Shown here one piece after another: positions 20,577 to 31,647 of a stretch of 64,000 nucleotides of DNA (position 1 is the first letter of the stretch; each line of letters opens with the position of its first letter). Under the pieces are notes generated by a model that was not told the origin of the DNA, did no database searches, and saw nothing but the letters and a program-made list of their open reading frames with translations. Both the position numbers and the translations under genes were made by a program. The stretch covers positions 4,192,001 to 4,256,000 of the forward strand of contig OY969763.1 of NCBI GenBank assembly GCA_963702845.1. Reading direction: 5' to 3'. Origin of the DNA: an uncultured Verrucomicrobiae bacterium. GTDB lineage: Bacteria > Verrucomicrobiota > Verrucomicrobiia > Limisphaerales > Palsa-1400.

Positions 20577-20900
20577 TTACACAGGCTGTGATGGAGAAGA
20601 ACGCGCTGCCTGCGCCATTTCAGCAACAATCCGCCCGAAGTCCTCCAAACCGGTGGATGGAACGATGACGTTGTCGCGGCGACCGTTGACATCCTCGGTG
20701 ATGCGCAGAAAACGACCGCGAGGATTTTCCTTCAGGGTGAGTATGAAGGTCTTGCGCTCGATCTGGATAGTTACCCTTTGAAGGGTGTCCTCCTCAACAT
20801 ACGGCTTTTGGGGTCCCGATTGATAGGAGCGTTCAGCACTATGGGAACGCGCCTTATAAGCGGGACGCAATGAGGAGTTTGAGTGTTCGTTCGATAGCAT
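20577..20900 (-). CDS. PUR-alpha-like (DUF3276) ssDNA/RNA-binding protein
   Basis: IQIERKTFILTLKENPRGRFLRITEDVNGRRDNVIVP matches the PUR repeat. Confidence 0.85.
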   Translation of the reverse strand: MLSNEHSNSSLRPAYKARSHSAERSYQSGPQKPYVEEDTLQRVTIQIERKTFILTLKENPRGRFLRITEDVNGRRDNVIVPSTGLEDFGRIVAEMAQAARSSPSQPV

Positions 20901-21083
20901 ATAGCCCTTCGCTTTTTGTCTCCGGTATTCTCTTGACAGCAGGAACGTAACTGTGAGATCGCACAAGGGCTATCACTCAAATGAGTGACTATGTGGCGGA
21001 TTCCACAGGTGGATTCTCATTCAAGAAAGCAGCATTTCAGCATGCTAAGGGCCCGGTTAAACCGGCCTGAACTGCAAACCGCT

Positions 21084-22590
21084 CTACGGTTTCCCCTGCG
21101 CATCGGAGATCTTTGTTCCCACCTCAGAAGCAAGTTTGACTACTGCAGCATTAGGATCTTCCTTCAGCGCTACAATTGCCGAAAGAGCGGATTTTGCATC
21201 AGGACCAATTTCCCCCAGAACTCCAAGCGCCTCCCGTTGGGTTTGGGAATAGTAATAGGATTGGTATTTTGACCGGTCCAATGCGTCGACGAGAATTGGC
21301 ACGACAATCTTAGCATCGCGATGTTTGAGCCAATGGATTTTTGCAGCGTCAACCCGAACACTGACATTGTCATCGCGAAGCAGAGCGCCTTCATTTAAGT
21401 CGGCGGTTGGGCGTTTTACAGCGACATCCGCCAACAATCCGGCGGCTTGAATACGATAGTAATCCTCGCTGTAGCCCAACCCATCGCGACAAACTTTAAC
21501 GCACTTTTCTGTCGGATAACCAAGGTCGAGCATGGCAGGAAGAAGCAGCATGCGGATAAAAATGCGTTTCGATTTTTTTTCGGCGAAGGTCCGCAGGATC
21601 GACAAAGCTTTGGCCCGTTCCGGATCCTTTAGATTCATTTTTTGGAACAACCCCGCGGCTTGAAGAATATTCTCCTCGTGCTCGTTGACACCCTGGCCGC
21701 CCTCGTCACCCCCCGAAGAGAATGACGCAAACTGGTTCAACACCGTTCCCAAAGCTTTGAAAACCATATCGAACGATTCTTTAGAATCCCTTTTCCAGGT
21801 CCCACAGCGCACTGGAACAATTGATAATCACAGCGCTGCTGGTCGAGGAAGACCGCGCCAGTTTTAGAGCCGACACGACTTCGGGACTATTTACGCCAAG
21901 TTCGCCCAATGATCGCGCGGCCCGCGGCTGCATCTGCGTCAATGGGCTTTTTAACGCCGCCAGCAGCACTTTCGTCGTGCGCGGGGAAGGCGGCTTAACC
22001 GTACCGGCGATCATAACAATGGAGTAACTTGCGAAGTTGGTAGGATAATTTTCAAAAACCTCGTCGAGCCGGTTACAGATATCCGCATCGAAGCCGATTT
22101 CCGAAAGCGCCATCATCACACCATTCACTTCTGTTGGGTTGTTTTCGTTCAGAATCGCAACGAGCTCGGGCACAGCCGGACGAGCGCTCGGGCCAAAACT
22201 TTCCAACACCTGACAAGCCGTCCAGCGACGTTCGGTCAACAGGTTTGGGTCGGGAAAAAACGAAAAACGTTTGGCGACTTTGGGCCATTTAGCTTTTATC
22301 CAAAGCAAGGTGCGAACCGACGCGCTGTTTTTTTCCCGCAACACAGAACGCAGTAAAGGGATGGCCTCCGGCCCGAGTTGCCGGATTTTAAGTAGATCAG
22401 GATTAGCCCAGCGTTCTGAGAGCGTTATCTTTGAAAGACGATCCAGCGCCGGGCGCATCACATCGTCGGGAGTCGGTCGGAAAAACAGGTATCCTCCCAA
22501 AATCAACACCAGCACAGCCGCGACAATCCACCACAGCCGACGAGAACGAACTTGAATTAACGATGATCCACCCGCCACTTCAGCGCACAA
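21084..22590 (-). CDS. Membrane-anchored HEAT-repeat protein, one apparent frameshift at about 21790; start uncertain
   Basis: LGPEAIPLL, GPSARPAVPELV, LGEIGPDAKSAL HEAT repeats; two ORFs join as ALWDLEKDSKESF. Confidence 0.75.
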
Positions 22591-22687
22591 TTACAGCTTG
22601 GATTACGAATTGCAAGCTACAGGTGGCACTCACCTTGATCCGAAACAAAACGGCTCGGTCCATGGTGTTGAAATATTTCAACAAGCT

Positions 22688-22772
22688 ATCAGAGCATCCC
22701 GTTTTCTGTCTCTCGAATTCCGGCAAGGACCGGCGGTCGAAAGGATTATAAAGTGCATCGGCGGCTCGTCAA
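22688..22772 (-). promoter_or_regulatory. Partial family A element (promoter plus first hairpin) upstream of the HEAT-repeat gene
   Basis: TTGACG-N16-TATAAT (22772-22745) followed by CCGGT-cctt-GCCGG hairpin, as in copies 1 and 2. Confidence 0.7.
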
Positions 22773-22980
22773 TGTAGTGTAGGTAACCAGGAGTTAACTG
22801 CCACCACTCTTTTTATTCGCATTGTCTCACGCCTCCGCCGTCTTGACTCTCAACCCTCAACCATCAACTCAGTCGGGGTTCAGCAGTAGGACAATTGGTC
22901 GTGGACATCGCAGCCCACGAGCAATCGTTTATCTTTGACAGACCGACCACAAGGCAGTGCAATCACCTCAGGAGGAACCT

Positions 22981-23730
22981 ATGCGATTTCGAAAGCTTTT
23001 TATCCGGCGCGGATTCACCGCAATCGAACTAATGGTTGTTATCGGCGTAATCGCGGTTCTCACGGCGATCTTACTTCCAACGTTGGCTCGTAACCGCGAA
23101 AAGTCGAAACGCATCCAATGCGTCAGCAACCTGAAACAAATCGGTACTGCCTATCGAATTTGGCCCGAGGTTTCGGACAAGTATCCAGCGCAGACTGAAT
23201 TCAGCCGAGGCGGATGGCAAAATTACCTGGAACAGACAAACTCCGGCCAATATTGCTGGACGAACTATGCGCTCATGCGAAACGAGCTCGGGGGGTCACC
23301 ATTGATTCTCACCTGCCCTGCAGACGAACGTCAACCGGCGCCAAACTTCGGCACCCTCAGAAACACGAATGTCTCTTACTTTGTCGGAGCCGATGCAAAC
23401 GAGAATTGGCCGTTGTCGATATTGGGCGGCGACCGCAACCTCGCGCGCGGTCGGACACCAAAGGAGGACTATGGCTTTTCTAAGCCAAACGGCGAAGGCA
23501 ATGATGTTTGGATAAAAACAAACTCCGCGATCGACCCGATTTGCTGGTCGCTCAAGATGCATTCCCACGGTGACACAAACGGAGCGGGCAACATTCTGTT
23601 AGGCGACGGCAGCGTTCAGCAATTGTCCTCGGCCAACTTCCGCACCGACTTTCAAACAAACGCCGCGGTGGCGTCGGGATACAATCCAGCTGAACAACAT
23701 CAGATTTCATTTCGGCTAATCTTCCCTTGA
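22981..23730 (+). CDS. Prepilin-type N-methylation domain protein (PVC pseudopilin with H-X9-DG-like C-terminal motif)
   Basis: RRG|FTAIELMVVIGVIAVL..ILLP, CVSNLKQIG, H...GNILLGDGSV. Confidence 0.9.
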   Translation: MRFRKLFIRRGFTAIELMVVIGVIAVLTAILLPTLARNREKSKRIQCVSNLKQIGTAYRIWPEVSDKYPAQTEFSRGGWQNYLEQTNSGQYCWTNYALMRNELGGSPLILTCPADERQPAPNFGTLRNTNVSYFVGADANENWPLSILGGDRNLARGRTPKEDYGFSKPNGEGNDVWIKTNSAIDPICWSLKMHSHGDTNGAGNILLGDGSVQQLSSANFRTDFQTNAAVASGYNPAEQHQISFRLIFP

Positions 23731-23748
23731 AAGGTTTTTCGGTTTCCA

Positions 23749-23934
23749 ATCCGTGTTTCATCAGTGGCTAAAAACCCACCCAGCAACCTTCGTGCCTTGG
23801 CGTCGTATTGGCTGAATTTAGTGCAGAAAAAGTGCTGCTTCTTTCCCTCCTTTCCTTGGCTTCCCTACATTTTTTTACGAGTAGCACCTTTATGTCATCA
23901 TCACTCGCATTATGCGAACGATACAACATAAAGA
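23749..23934. repeat. Dispersed non-coding element family B, copy 1
   Basis: Aligns with 55522-55708; shared TTTAGTGCAGAAAAAGTGCTG and 46-bp CTTTATG...CATAAAG inverted repeat. Confidence 0.85.
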
Positions 23935-24345
23935 ATACAGTAAGCCGTTAACCGAAGGTCTCGCTCAACAAAGCGCGGCTCACCCAACCCTTGTCTGCTA
24001 CTCGCGACCACCCGTAGCTGCAAAGTGTCTCGGTTCGTCATCACTCAGTCTCAGGACGTCATCACACGTCCTCGGTTGTCATCACTTGTCACGACTTGTC
24101 ATCACATTTGCCCAATAGAAATAAATTCCCATAACCACCCTATGTACACCGAAACGATTATTAACGAGCCAATTACAACCGCCGCACCATCTGAAACGAA
24201 CTGCGTCGTTGCCACCATTTCAACTCCGTCCATTGTGCCAGCTCCGGAGTTACCAAAGCCTTCCACTTGGAGTTTGAAGTTTGAAGGTTCCCCGTCCTCA
24301 CTTTCACTTTCACTTTACGCGCACAGCCGCTATGTTGCCCCTCCT

Positions 24346-25125
24346 GTGACAAAACCGCTCGTCATCGCCGGTCGCCAATTCAGGTCCCGACTCTTCGTCG
24401 GCACCGGCAAATTTTCGTCGCCCGAACTGATGCGCGACGCGCTCGAAGCCAGTGGCGCGGAAATCGTTACCGTGGCCCTGCGTCGCGCCGACCTCTCGGG
24501 CAAAGGCGATCCGTTCGCCAATATTTTGGAATTCGTTGACCCGAAACGTTTCCTCGTCCTTCCCAACACAAGCGGCGCGATGAACGCCGAGGAAGCCGTG
24601 CGCCTGGCCAAACTCGCTCGCGCCGCCGGTCTGCCGAACTGGGTGAAGCTCGAAATCCATCCCGACCCGCGCTATCTCTTGCCCGACCCGGTCGAAACTT
24701 TGAAAGCCGCCGAGATTCTCGTCAAAGACGGTTTCGTGGTGTTGCCATATATAAATGCCGATCCTGTCCTGGCGAAACGTTTGCAAGACGTCGGCACCGC
24801 CACGGTCATGCCGCTTGGTTCGCCGATTGGTTCTAATCGCGGTCTCGAAACACGCGAGCAACTCCTCATCATCATCGAACAGGCCACTGTGCCTGTCGTG
24901 ATCGACGCCGGTATCGGCGCGCCAAGTCACGCGGCTGAAGCGATGGAGATGGGAGCCGACGCCGTCCTGGTCAACACCGCCATCGCCATCGCCAACGATC
25001 CGTGCCGCATGGCGCGCGCGTTTGCCGCAGGCGTCCAATGCGGTCGCGACGCTTACGAGTGCGGTCTGCCCGGCGCGCAACTGAACGCCGCGCCGACGAG
25101 CCCTCTAACTGCTTTCCTTCAATGA
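24346..25125 (+). CDS. thiG: Thiazole synthase (probable GTG start)
   Basis: [54 protein letters not shown]. Confidence 0.95.
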   Translation: MTKPLVIAGRQFRSRLFVGTGKFSSPELMRDALEASGAEIVTVALRRADLSGKGDPFANILEFVDPKRFLVLPNTSGAMNAEEAVRLAKLARAAGLPNWVKLEIHPDPRYLLPDPVETLKAAEILVKDGFVVLPYINADPVLAKRLQDVGTATVMPLGSPIGSNRGLETREQLLIIIEQATVPVVIDAGIGAPSHAAEAMEMGADAVLVNTAIAIANDPCRMARAFAAGVQCGRDAYECGLPGAQLNAAPTSPLTAFLQ

Positions 25126-26150
25126 AAAAGCGAGCCGAATCCACACGCCATTTGTCTGAAAAGCGAGTCACACAAATACTCGCCGCCGCACCGCGCACGC
25201 GCGTCTTTGTTGTTGGCGACGTCATGCTCGACCAATTCGTCTGGGGCAAAGTCGCGCGCATTTCACCCGAAGCTCCCGTGCCGGTGGTTGAATTCGAACG
25301 CGAAAGTTTCATTCCCGGTGGCGCTGCCAACGTCGCGCGCAACCTGGCCGACCTGAAAGTTTGCACACAGATTCTCGGAGCAGTCGGTCACGACGATGCC
25401 GCCGCCAAATTAAAAGATTTGCTCCGCGCCGGCCACATTGGTTGCAGCGGATTGCTTTCATTTGACGGCCGCGCGACTAGCATCAAAACGCGTATCGTTG
25501 CTCATCGACAACAGGTCGTGCGCATTGATCGCGAAACCCGCAGCGACATCGACTCGAAGCTGACCGATAAATTGATTAGCACCCTCGAAGGCGACTTGAG
25601 AAAAGCCGACGCGCTCATCATCGGCGACTACGCCAAAGGCACCGTCACGCAACGTTTGCTCGAGGAAGCCAAGCGCATCTGCCGCGCGCGCGGCGTGTGG
25701 CTGAGCGTTGATCCCAAGCCGTCGCACAAATTGGACTTGAGCGGCGTTTCGTTGCTGACGCCAAATCGCAAAGAAGCTTTCGAACTCGCCGAAATGGTTG
25801 ATGACAACACAGGCGAAATTCCATCACGTGATCCGATTTTGCTGCGAGTCGCCGACAAACTTTTGCACGACCTGCACCCGGCGTTGCTGCTGATTACTTT
25901 GGGCGAACAAGGAATTTTGCTCTGCCAACGCGGCCAAAAACCATTTCACATCCCGACTGTCGCCCAGGAAGTGTTCGATGTTTCGGGTGCCGGCGACACG
26001 GTGATTGCGTCGTTTACGTTTGCCATCGCCGCAGGCGCATCGCCCATCGAAGCTGCCATATTCTCGAACCACGCCGCTGGTGTTGTTGTAGGAAAACTCG
26101 GCACGGCGACGGTGCAACCGGAAGAGTTGCTGGCCAGTTTTCAGTGGTAG
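25122..26150 (+). CDS. rfaE1: D-glycero-beta-D-manno-heptose-7-phosphate kinase (HldE kinase domain)
   Basis: [52 protein letters not shown]. Confidence 0.92.
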   Translation: MKKRAESTRHLSEKRVTQILAAAPRTRVFVVGDVMLDQFVWGKVARISPEAPVPVVEFERESFIPGGAANVARNLADLKVCTQILGAVGHDDAAAKLKDLLRAGHIGCSGLLSFDGRATSIKTRIVAHRQQVVRIDRETRSDIDSKLTDKLISTLEGDLRKADALIIGDYAKGTVTQRLLEEAKRICRARGVWLSVDPKPSHKLDLSGVSLLTPNRKEAFELAEMVDDNTGEIPSRDPILLRVADKLLHDLHPALLLITLGEQGILLCQRGQKPFHIPTVAQEVFDVSGAGDTVIASFTFAIAAGASPIEAAIFSNHAAGVVVGKLGTATVQPEELLASFQW

Positions 26151-26162
26151 ATTGGAGCTTGT

Positions 26163-26941
26163 ATGAGCACGAGGAAGATCACTGCCGCTGACATTCAAGC
26201 GATGAAAGGCCGCGAACGCATCGCCGCTCTCACTGCTTACGATTATGCGATGGCGCGCCTGCTCGACGACGCAGGCATACCGCTACTGCTCGTGGGCGAT
26301 TCGCTCGGCATGGTTGTTCTCGGCTATCCGGACACGACGCACGTGACGCAGGCCGAAATGGAACACCACGTCCGCGCCGCCGCTCGTGCCAAGCCCAACG
26401 CGACTGCTCGCCGCCGACCTGCCGTATCGCAGTTACGAAACAGTTGAAGACGCAGTCAAAAACGCCAAAGCACTGGTCGCCGCAGGCGCTGAAGCAGTGA
26501 AGGCCGAAGGCGGTCGGAATATTCTGCCGCAAGTGAAAGCGATCATTGCCGCCGGCATCCCGTTCCTCGGCCATTTGGGAATGTTGCCACAACACGTGCT
26601 CGAAGAAGGCGGTTATCACATCAAAGGCAAACAGGAATCCGAACGCACCGATTTGCTGGCGGACGCCGAAAGCGTTGGCCGATGCGGGCGCGTTCGCGAT
26701 CGTGCTCGAACTCGTCACCGGCACAGTCGCCGCGGAGATTACGGCTCAAATTCCGATTCCAACAATCGGCATCGCTTCAGGCCGCAATTGTGATGGCGAA
26801 ATTTTGGTGACGACCGATCTGCTCGGCACGTCGCCCGACTACATTCCGAAGCACGCCAAAAACAACGCGCATCTGGGAGACCAGATGCGCATCGCGGTAA
26901 CAGACTGGAAGAACAGCGTTATCTCAGTGCCTCGAAAATAA
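26163..26941 (+). CDS. panB: 3-methyl-2-oxobutanoate hydroxymethyltransferase, two apparent frameshifts (about 26400 and 26670)
   Basis: LTAYD, LLVGDSLGM, ADLP, AVKAEGG, GHLG, IPTIGI...CDGEILV spread over three frames. Confidence 0.9.
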
Positions 26942-27695
26942 GCCGAAGATTTTGCGGCTCATCGGCCGTTCCGATTCCAGTCGAGCAACTCGTTTCTGAA
27001 GACGTTCGGTGCGGCGCTCGGTTCTCGCCGCTGACACGATTCTTCAAAATGCGGCCACCGAGATATCCGGTCGCCAAACTCGCGGCGAGCGTGCGCATCG
27101 GATGCGAGTGAACATTGCGCGCGACCGCAGCATTAAGGTTCGTTCGCTGGCGGAGTTCTTGCGGTCGTGCGCCGAACTTCCGCGCGTGTATGTTCAAAGC
27201 GTTTGCGCAATTCTGCGGAGCTCTCGTGATGGTCGCCGTTATGTCTATGGGCCTTTTTTGTCTTTCACATCGACCTTCGGTGCATAGCGTTTGCCGGTCA
27301 GTTCGCGCATCGTATCGATGGTCTGCTGCGGCGCGAGGCTCTTCGCGCTAAACGCCTTGATGCCTTTCATCAGGAACGCCAACGCCAATGAGCGCAACGA
27401 GGATTCCCATGCCGCCGATTCCCACTGCATAGGAAAGACCGGGATCCCACCCGAGTTTCGTGAATCCATAACCCGCCACAACGCCAATGCCGAGAAAGAG
27501 CAACTCCGCACCGATTAACGCGACGATTCCGCCCGCCGCCGCATAGATGGCGTTGCGCATCATTTTGGAAACTTTTTCCATGATCTCCGTTTTGGCGAGC
27601 TGAACCTCCTCGCGGATTAGTCGCATGACCTCGTGTCGCCAATGGCCGAGCAGTCCGAAAAATGAACTTCTGTGGGTCGTTTCAGTGGTTTCCAT
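26919..27695 (-). CDS. Phage-holin-family (YqjE-like) membrane protein probably continuing into a DUF3618-like segment; several apparent frameshifts; end uncertain
   Basis: RLIREEVQLAKTEI, two TM helices, LAPQQTIDTMRE, then ELRKRFEHTRAEV...HPMRTLAASLATGY in shifted frames. Confidence 0.6.
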
Positions 27696-27860
27696 AAAAA
27701 TCCTCCTGGACAAAACGTCACGCTAAAACTGGTCTTTTTCAAGGCAGGCCGACCTGAAAGAAAATCGGTAATTGCCCGATTACTGGAAAGGAATTTGCCC
27801 CATCGGTTTTTAAACAACGCAGGGTTTCGCGGGCGCGCTAAATTTGAACCGGGTGGAACC

Positions 27861-28892
27861 ATGACGGCAAAAAAACTTCTCGGTATCGGCAAGCAAACTT
27901 TCAAATGTTTCGGTGAAGACAAGGCGATGCGCCTCGCCTCTTCGCTCGCGTATTACGCTATTTTTTCGATCGGCCCGTTGATGTTCATCATGCTCATCAT
28001 CGCCGGGGCGATCTTCGGCGAGGACACGGTCAAACAGACATTGCATCAGCAAATCAGCAGCATGATGGGCGAGAAAGCCGGGAGCACAATTGAATCGATG
28101 ATGAACGCGCGCAAGATTGGTGGCAGCGCTGTCACGACGATTATTGGAATGGTGACGCTGGTGTTTGGCGCGACCGGGGTGTTCGGCGAGTTGCAGGATG
28201 CGTCTGAACACGATCTGGGGCGTGAAAGCCAAACCGAACGCCGGAATTTGGACTTATTTGCGCAATCGGTTTTTGTCGATGAGCATGGTGCTTGGTCTGG
28301 GTTTCTTGCTCCTGATTTCAATGGTGTTGACCACGGTGGCGTAGGCGGCATCAAATAGTGTTGAGCGCGCATGTTCCATGTTCCACAGGCGATGGTGTGC
28401 GGGTTTAAGCGCGTCGGTCAGTTTCGTTGTCGTCGCAATTTTCTTCGCGTTGCTCTTCAAGTATTTGCCTGACGTGAAGGTTCGATGGAGACCGATTTGG
28501 CTGGGCGCGATCGTGACAGCGGCCTTGTTCACTATTGGTAGATATTTTTTGAGCATGTATCTGGGCAAGCAGGCGACGAGTTCGAGCTATGGCGCTGCAG
28601 GTTCTGTCGTCGTGATATTGCTGTGGGTGTATTACGCGTCGGTGATAATGTTCCTTGGCGCGGAGTTCACGCAAGGCTTATGCGAACGAAACGGGAGGCG
28701 ATGCAACCGGACGAATACGCCGTGCGGACCGACCAGGACGCCAACGGCCAACCGAAACGCCGAGGGCAAGGTGAGCGCGAGAAGGTTGATGTTCGACCGG
28801 CAAGCTGTCGCACCAGTCGCGCCGATGGTTGCATTTGCTGTTGGCTTGGGCGCAGCGTTCGGGTTCCGGCGGCAAGCGCTAATTTGCTGTAG
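27861..28892 (+). CDS. YihY/BrkB-family inner-membrane protein, several apparent frameshifts; end uncertain
   Basis: DKAMRLASSLAYYAIFS, GATGVFGELQDA, LFKYLPD, YGAAGSVVVILLWVYY...GAEF. Confidence 0.85.
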
Positions 28893-28923
28893 TTCTAGGC
28901 GACGGTTTAGTAAATGTTTGCGC

Positions 28924-30320
28924 GTGTCGCGACCACCGAAACTCGAAAAAATTTCATCCGTTGAAGCGCTGAAGTCCGCCCGCGAAACGCGCGGCCTGCT
29001 TGTTGCCGCAGGTGCATTGGACAAGCACTGCGGAATTTTTTCAAAGCTTATTTCCAGGTCGCACGGCTGCGGTCGATTGCTGACACGAAAACGTTCGATG
29101 TCGCAGGCCGGACCGTGCTTGCAAATCCTGCAAAAGAATGGCGTCAAATGCATTCAGCCGTACATCTTCACCGACCCAAAATTTTACGCCGCTTACAATT
29201 ATGTGGAGGAACTCGAACACGAGTTGAAGTCGCACGATGCGGTGCCGGTGGCCGTTGGCTCCGGCAGCATCAATGACGTGACAAAGCTCGCGTCGCACCA
29301 AAGTCGGCCGACAATACATGGCGGTCGGCACAGCTGCTTCGATGGACGGCTACACCGCTTCCGGCGCGTCGATCACTTACAAAGATTCCAAGCAGACATT
29401 CGGTTGTCCTGCTCCGTTGGCTGTTTTGGCTGACACAGAAATTCTTGCGCCGCGCGCCGCGCGAAATGACGGCCTCGGGTTACGCCGATCTTGTCGGCGA
29501 AACTGACTGCCGGCGCAGATTGGATCGTTGCCGATGCGCTCGGAATCGAAGCAATTGACACAACGGCTTGGCGATTGGCTCAAGCGGGTTTGCGCGATGC
29601 TTTGGGAAGTCCGGATGAAAATTTCGCGCGGCTGACGCTGCATGCGATTGGCGGTGTTGACCGAAGCATTCATGCTCGGTGGTTTCTCGATGCAATGGAG
29701 CAACACCAGCCGCCCGGCGTCTGGCGCGGAACATCAATTCAGCCATTTGTGGGACATGCAACATCACACCCACAAGGCAAAGCACCGTCGCACGGGTTCA
29801 AAGTCGGCGTGGCCACAGTGACAATCACTGCGCTATATGAATATTTGCTGACTCAACCGATCGAGAAATTGGACGTCGAGGGTTGTTGCGCGAAGTGGCC
29901 GAGTCTTGCGGAATTCGAAAAACAAATCCGCACACGTTACGCAGCGGAAAATTTTGTCGAAAAGTGGTGGAGGAATTTCGTGCGAAATATCCGACGCCTG
30001 AAATATCTGCGCGAGCGGTTGAACAAACTGCGTTCGCAGCCTGGCCGCAGATCCGCGAGGAAATCCGCCAGCAATTGATTCCTGCAGCAGCAGTTAAAAT
30101 CGATGCTGCAAAACGGTCGGCGCTCCAGTTGAACCGGAGCAAATCGGAATTACCGCGCACGCGTTTGCGCGACAGCTTCGTGCAGGCGTGGTATATTCGC
30201 CGACGATTTACCGTGCTCGACGTCATTTACCAAACGCAACTCGCTGACCAGTGTCTTGAACATTTGTTCGGCGCGAACGGCGCCCTTGCGCGCATGAACC
30301 CGCAGACCGGAACATACGAT
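28924..30320 (+). CDS. sn-glycerol-1-phosphate dehydrogenase (AraM/EgsA-like), heavily frameshifted; ends approximate
   Basis: AVGSGSINDVTK, TAASMDGY, ADWIVAD, SRPASGAEHQFSHLW, SHGFKVGV, RRRFTVLD fragments in order. Confidence 0.8.
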
Positions 30321-31600
30321 TACTGCACCATCACCTGGGTCAACAACGAATTCCGCTACTGGCAACGCCGCATCCTCATCACTAGCCTGGTCGGTTACGC
30401 GTTTTTTTATCTCGTTCGCAAAAACATCAGCTTCGCGATGCCTGGCATCAAAGCACAACTCGGGCTGACCAAAGCTGATCTCGGACTTTTCCTCACGTTG
30501 CACGGCGTTGTATACGGACTTTCGAAATTTCTTAACGGGTTTGTCGCGGATCGAGTGAATGCCCGATGGTATATGGTCATCGGGCTTGTTCTTTCTGCGG
30601 CGATGAATATTTGTTTCGGGTTCGGCTCGGCCGCGGTGACGCTTGGGCGTTTTTTGGGTGCTCAATGGCTGGTTCCAAGGGATGGGTTTTCCACCGTGTG
30701 CGCGATTAATGACGCACTGGTTTTCGCCAAAACAACTCGCAACAAAAATGTCGATTTGGAACACGTCGCATTCGTTCGGCGCCGGGGCGGTGGCGATTTT
30801 TGCAGGGTATCTCGCGGCTTACGGATGGCGCTATATGTTTTTGGGTGCCCGGTGGACTGGCGATCGTAGCCGCAGATTGTGATGGCGTTCCGACTGCGCG
30901 ACACGCCGCAATTCGGTTGGTTTGCCGGAATTGCCCGACACGCACATCGCGGATGCCGGGCCGGAAGATACAAACCGATTTTAAACGATTCATTTGGCGT
31001 CAGGTCCTGACGAATCCCGGAATTTGGGTTTTTGCGGTCGCGAACTTTTTCGTCTACGTCCTGCGTTATTCGATTCTTGACTGGGGCCCGACTCTGCTGG
31101 CAGAAACGAAAGGCGTGAAACTACAGGAAAGCGGCTGGATGATTGCGGCGTTCGAAGCGTCTGGCGTGGCTGGAATGTTGTTGAGCGGTTGGATCACGGA
31201 CAGGGTTTTCGGCGGACGCGGGGCGCGCACGTGTGTGTTTTGCATGTTCATGGCATCGGTTTCTGCACTGGCATTTTGGTATGCCCCGTCTTCGACGCTC
31301 GTCAACGCGGTCTTGCTGGGATGCGCGGGATTTTTCATTTACGGTCCGCAAGCGCTGGTGGGCATTTGCGCTGCCAATCTCGCGACCAAAAAAGCCGCTG
31401 CAACGGCAGTTGGTTTCACAGGCGTCTTCGGTTACTTGAGCACGACGCTTTCCGGTTGGGGCCTCGGCAAATTGGTCGATTCGTTCGGATGGCACGCCGG
31501 TTTTCTCGCAATCATTGCATTCGGCATCGTCGGCACGGCAATCTTCGCTTTAGGCTGGAACCTGAAACCACACGGTTACGCAAACACGCCAACGCACTAG
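30310..31600 (+). CDS. OPA-family MFS transporter (GlpT/UhpC-like), frameshifted; start approximate
   Basis: GYAFFYLVRKN, YGLSKF, NGWFQGMGFPP...THWF...WNTSH, NFFVYVLRY..LDWGP, IYGPQAL. Confidence 0.85.
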
Positions 31601-31647
31601 TTTTTCTTTTCGGAATCGCAGACAGGGTTCACAATGCGCCTGCCGCA

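Noticed and set aside
24025..24345. Long N-terminal extension of ThiG (also 55922-56152 for the PQQ propeller)
   Set aside because: The extensions translate repeat sequence; homology starts at the downstream GTG/ATG, each preceded by promoter-like sequence. Kept only as an open question in the findings
27348..27695. Prophage suggested by a holin-family gene
   Set aside because: YqjE-like proteins next to YihY are usually cellular; no phage structural, lysin or integrase genes nearby
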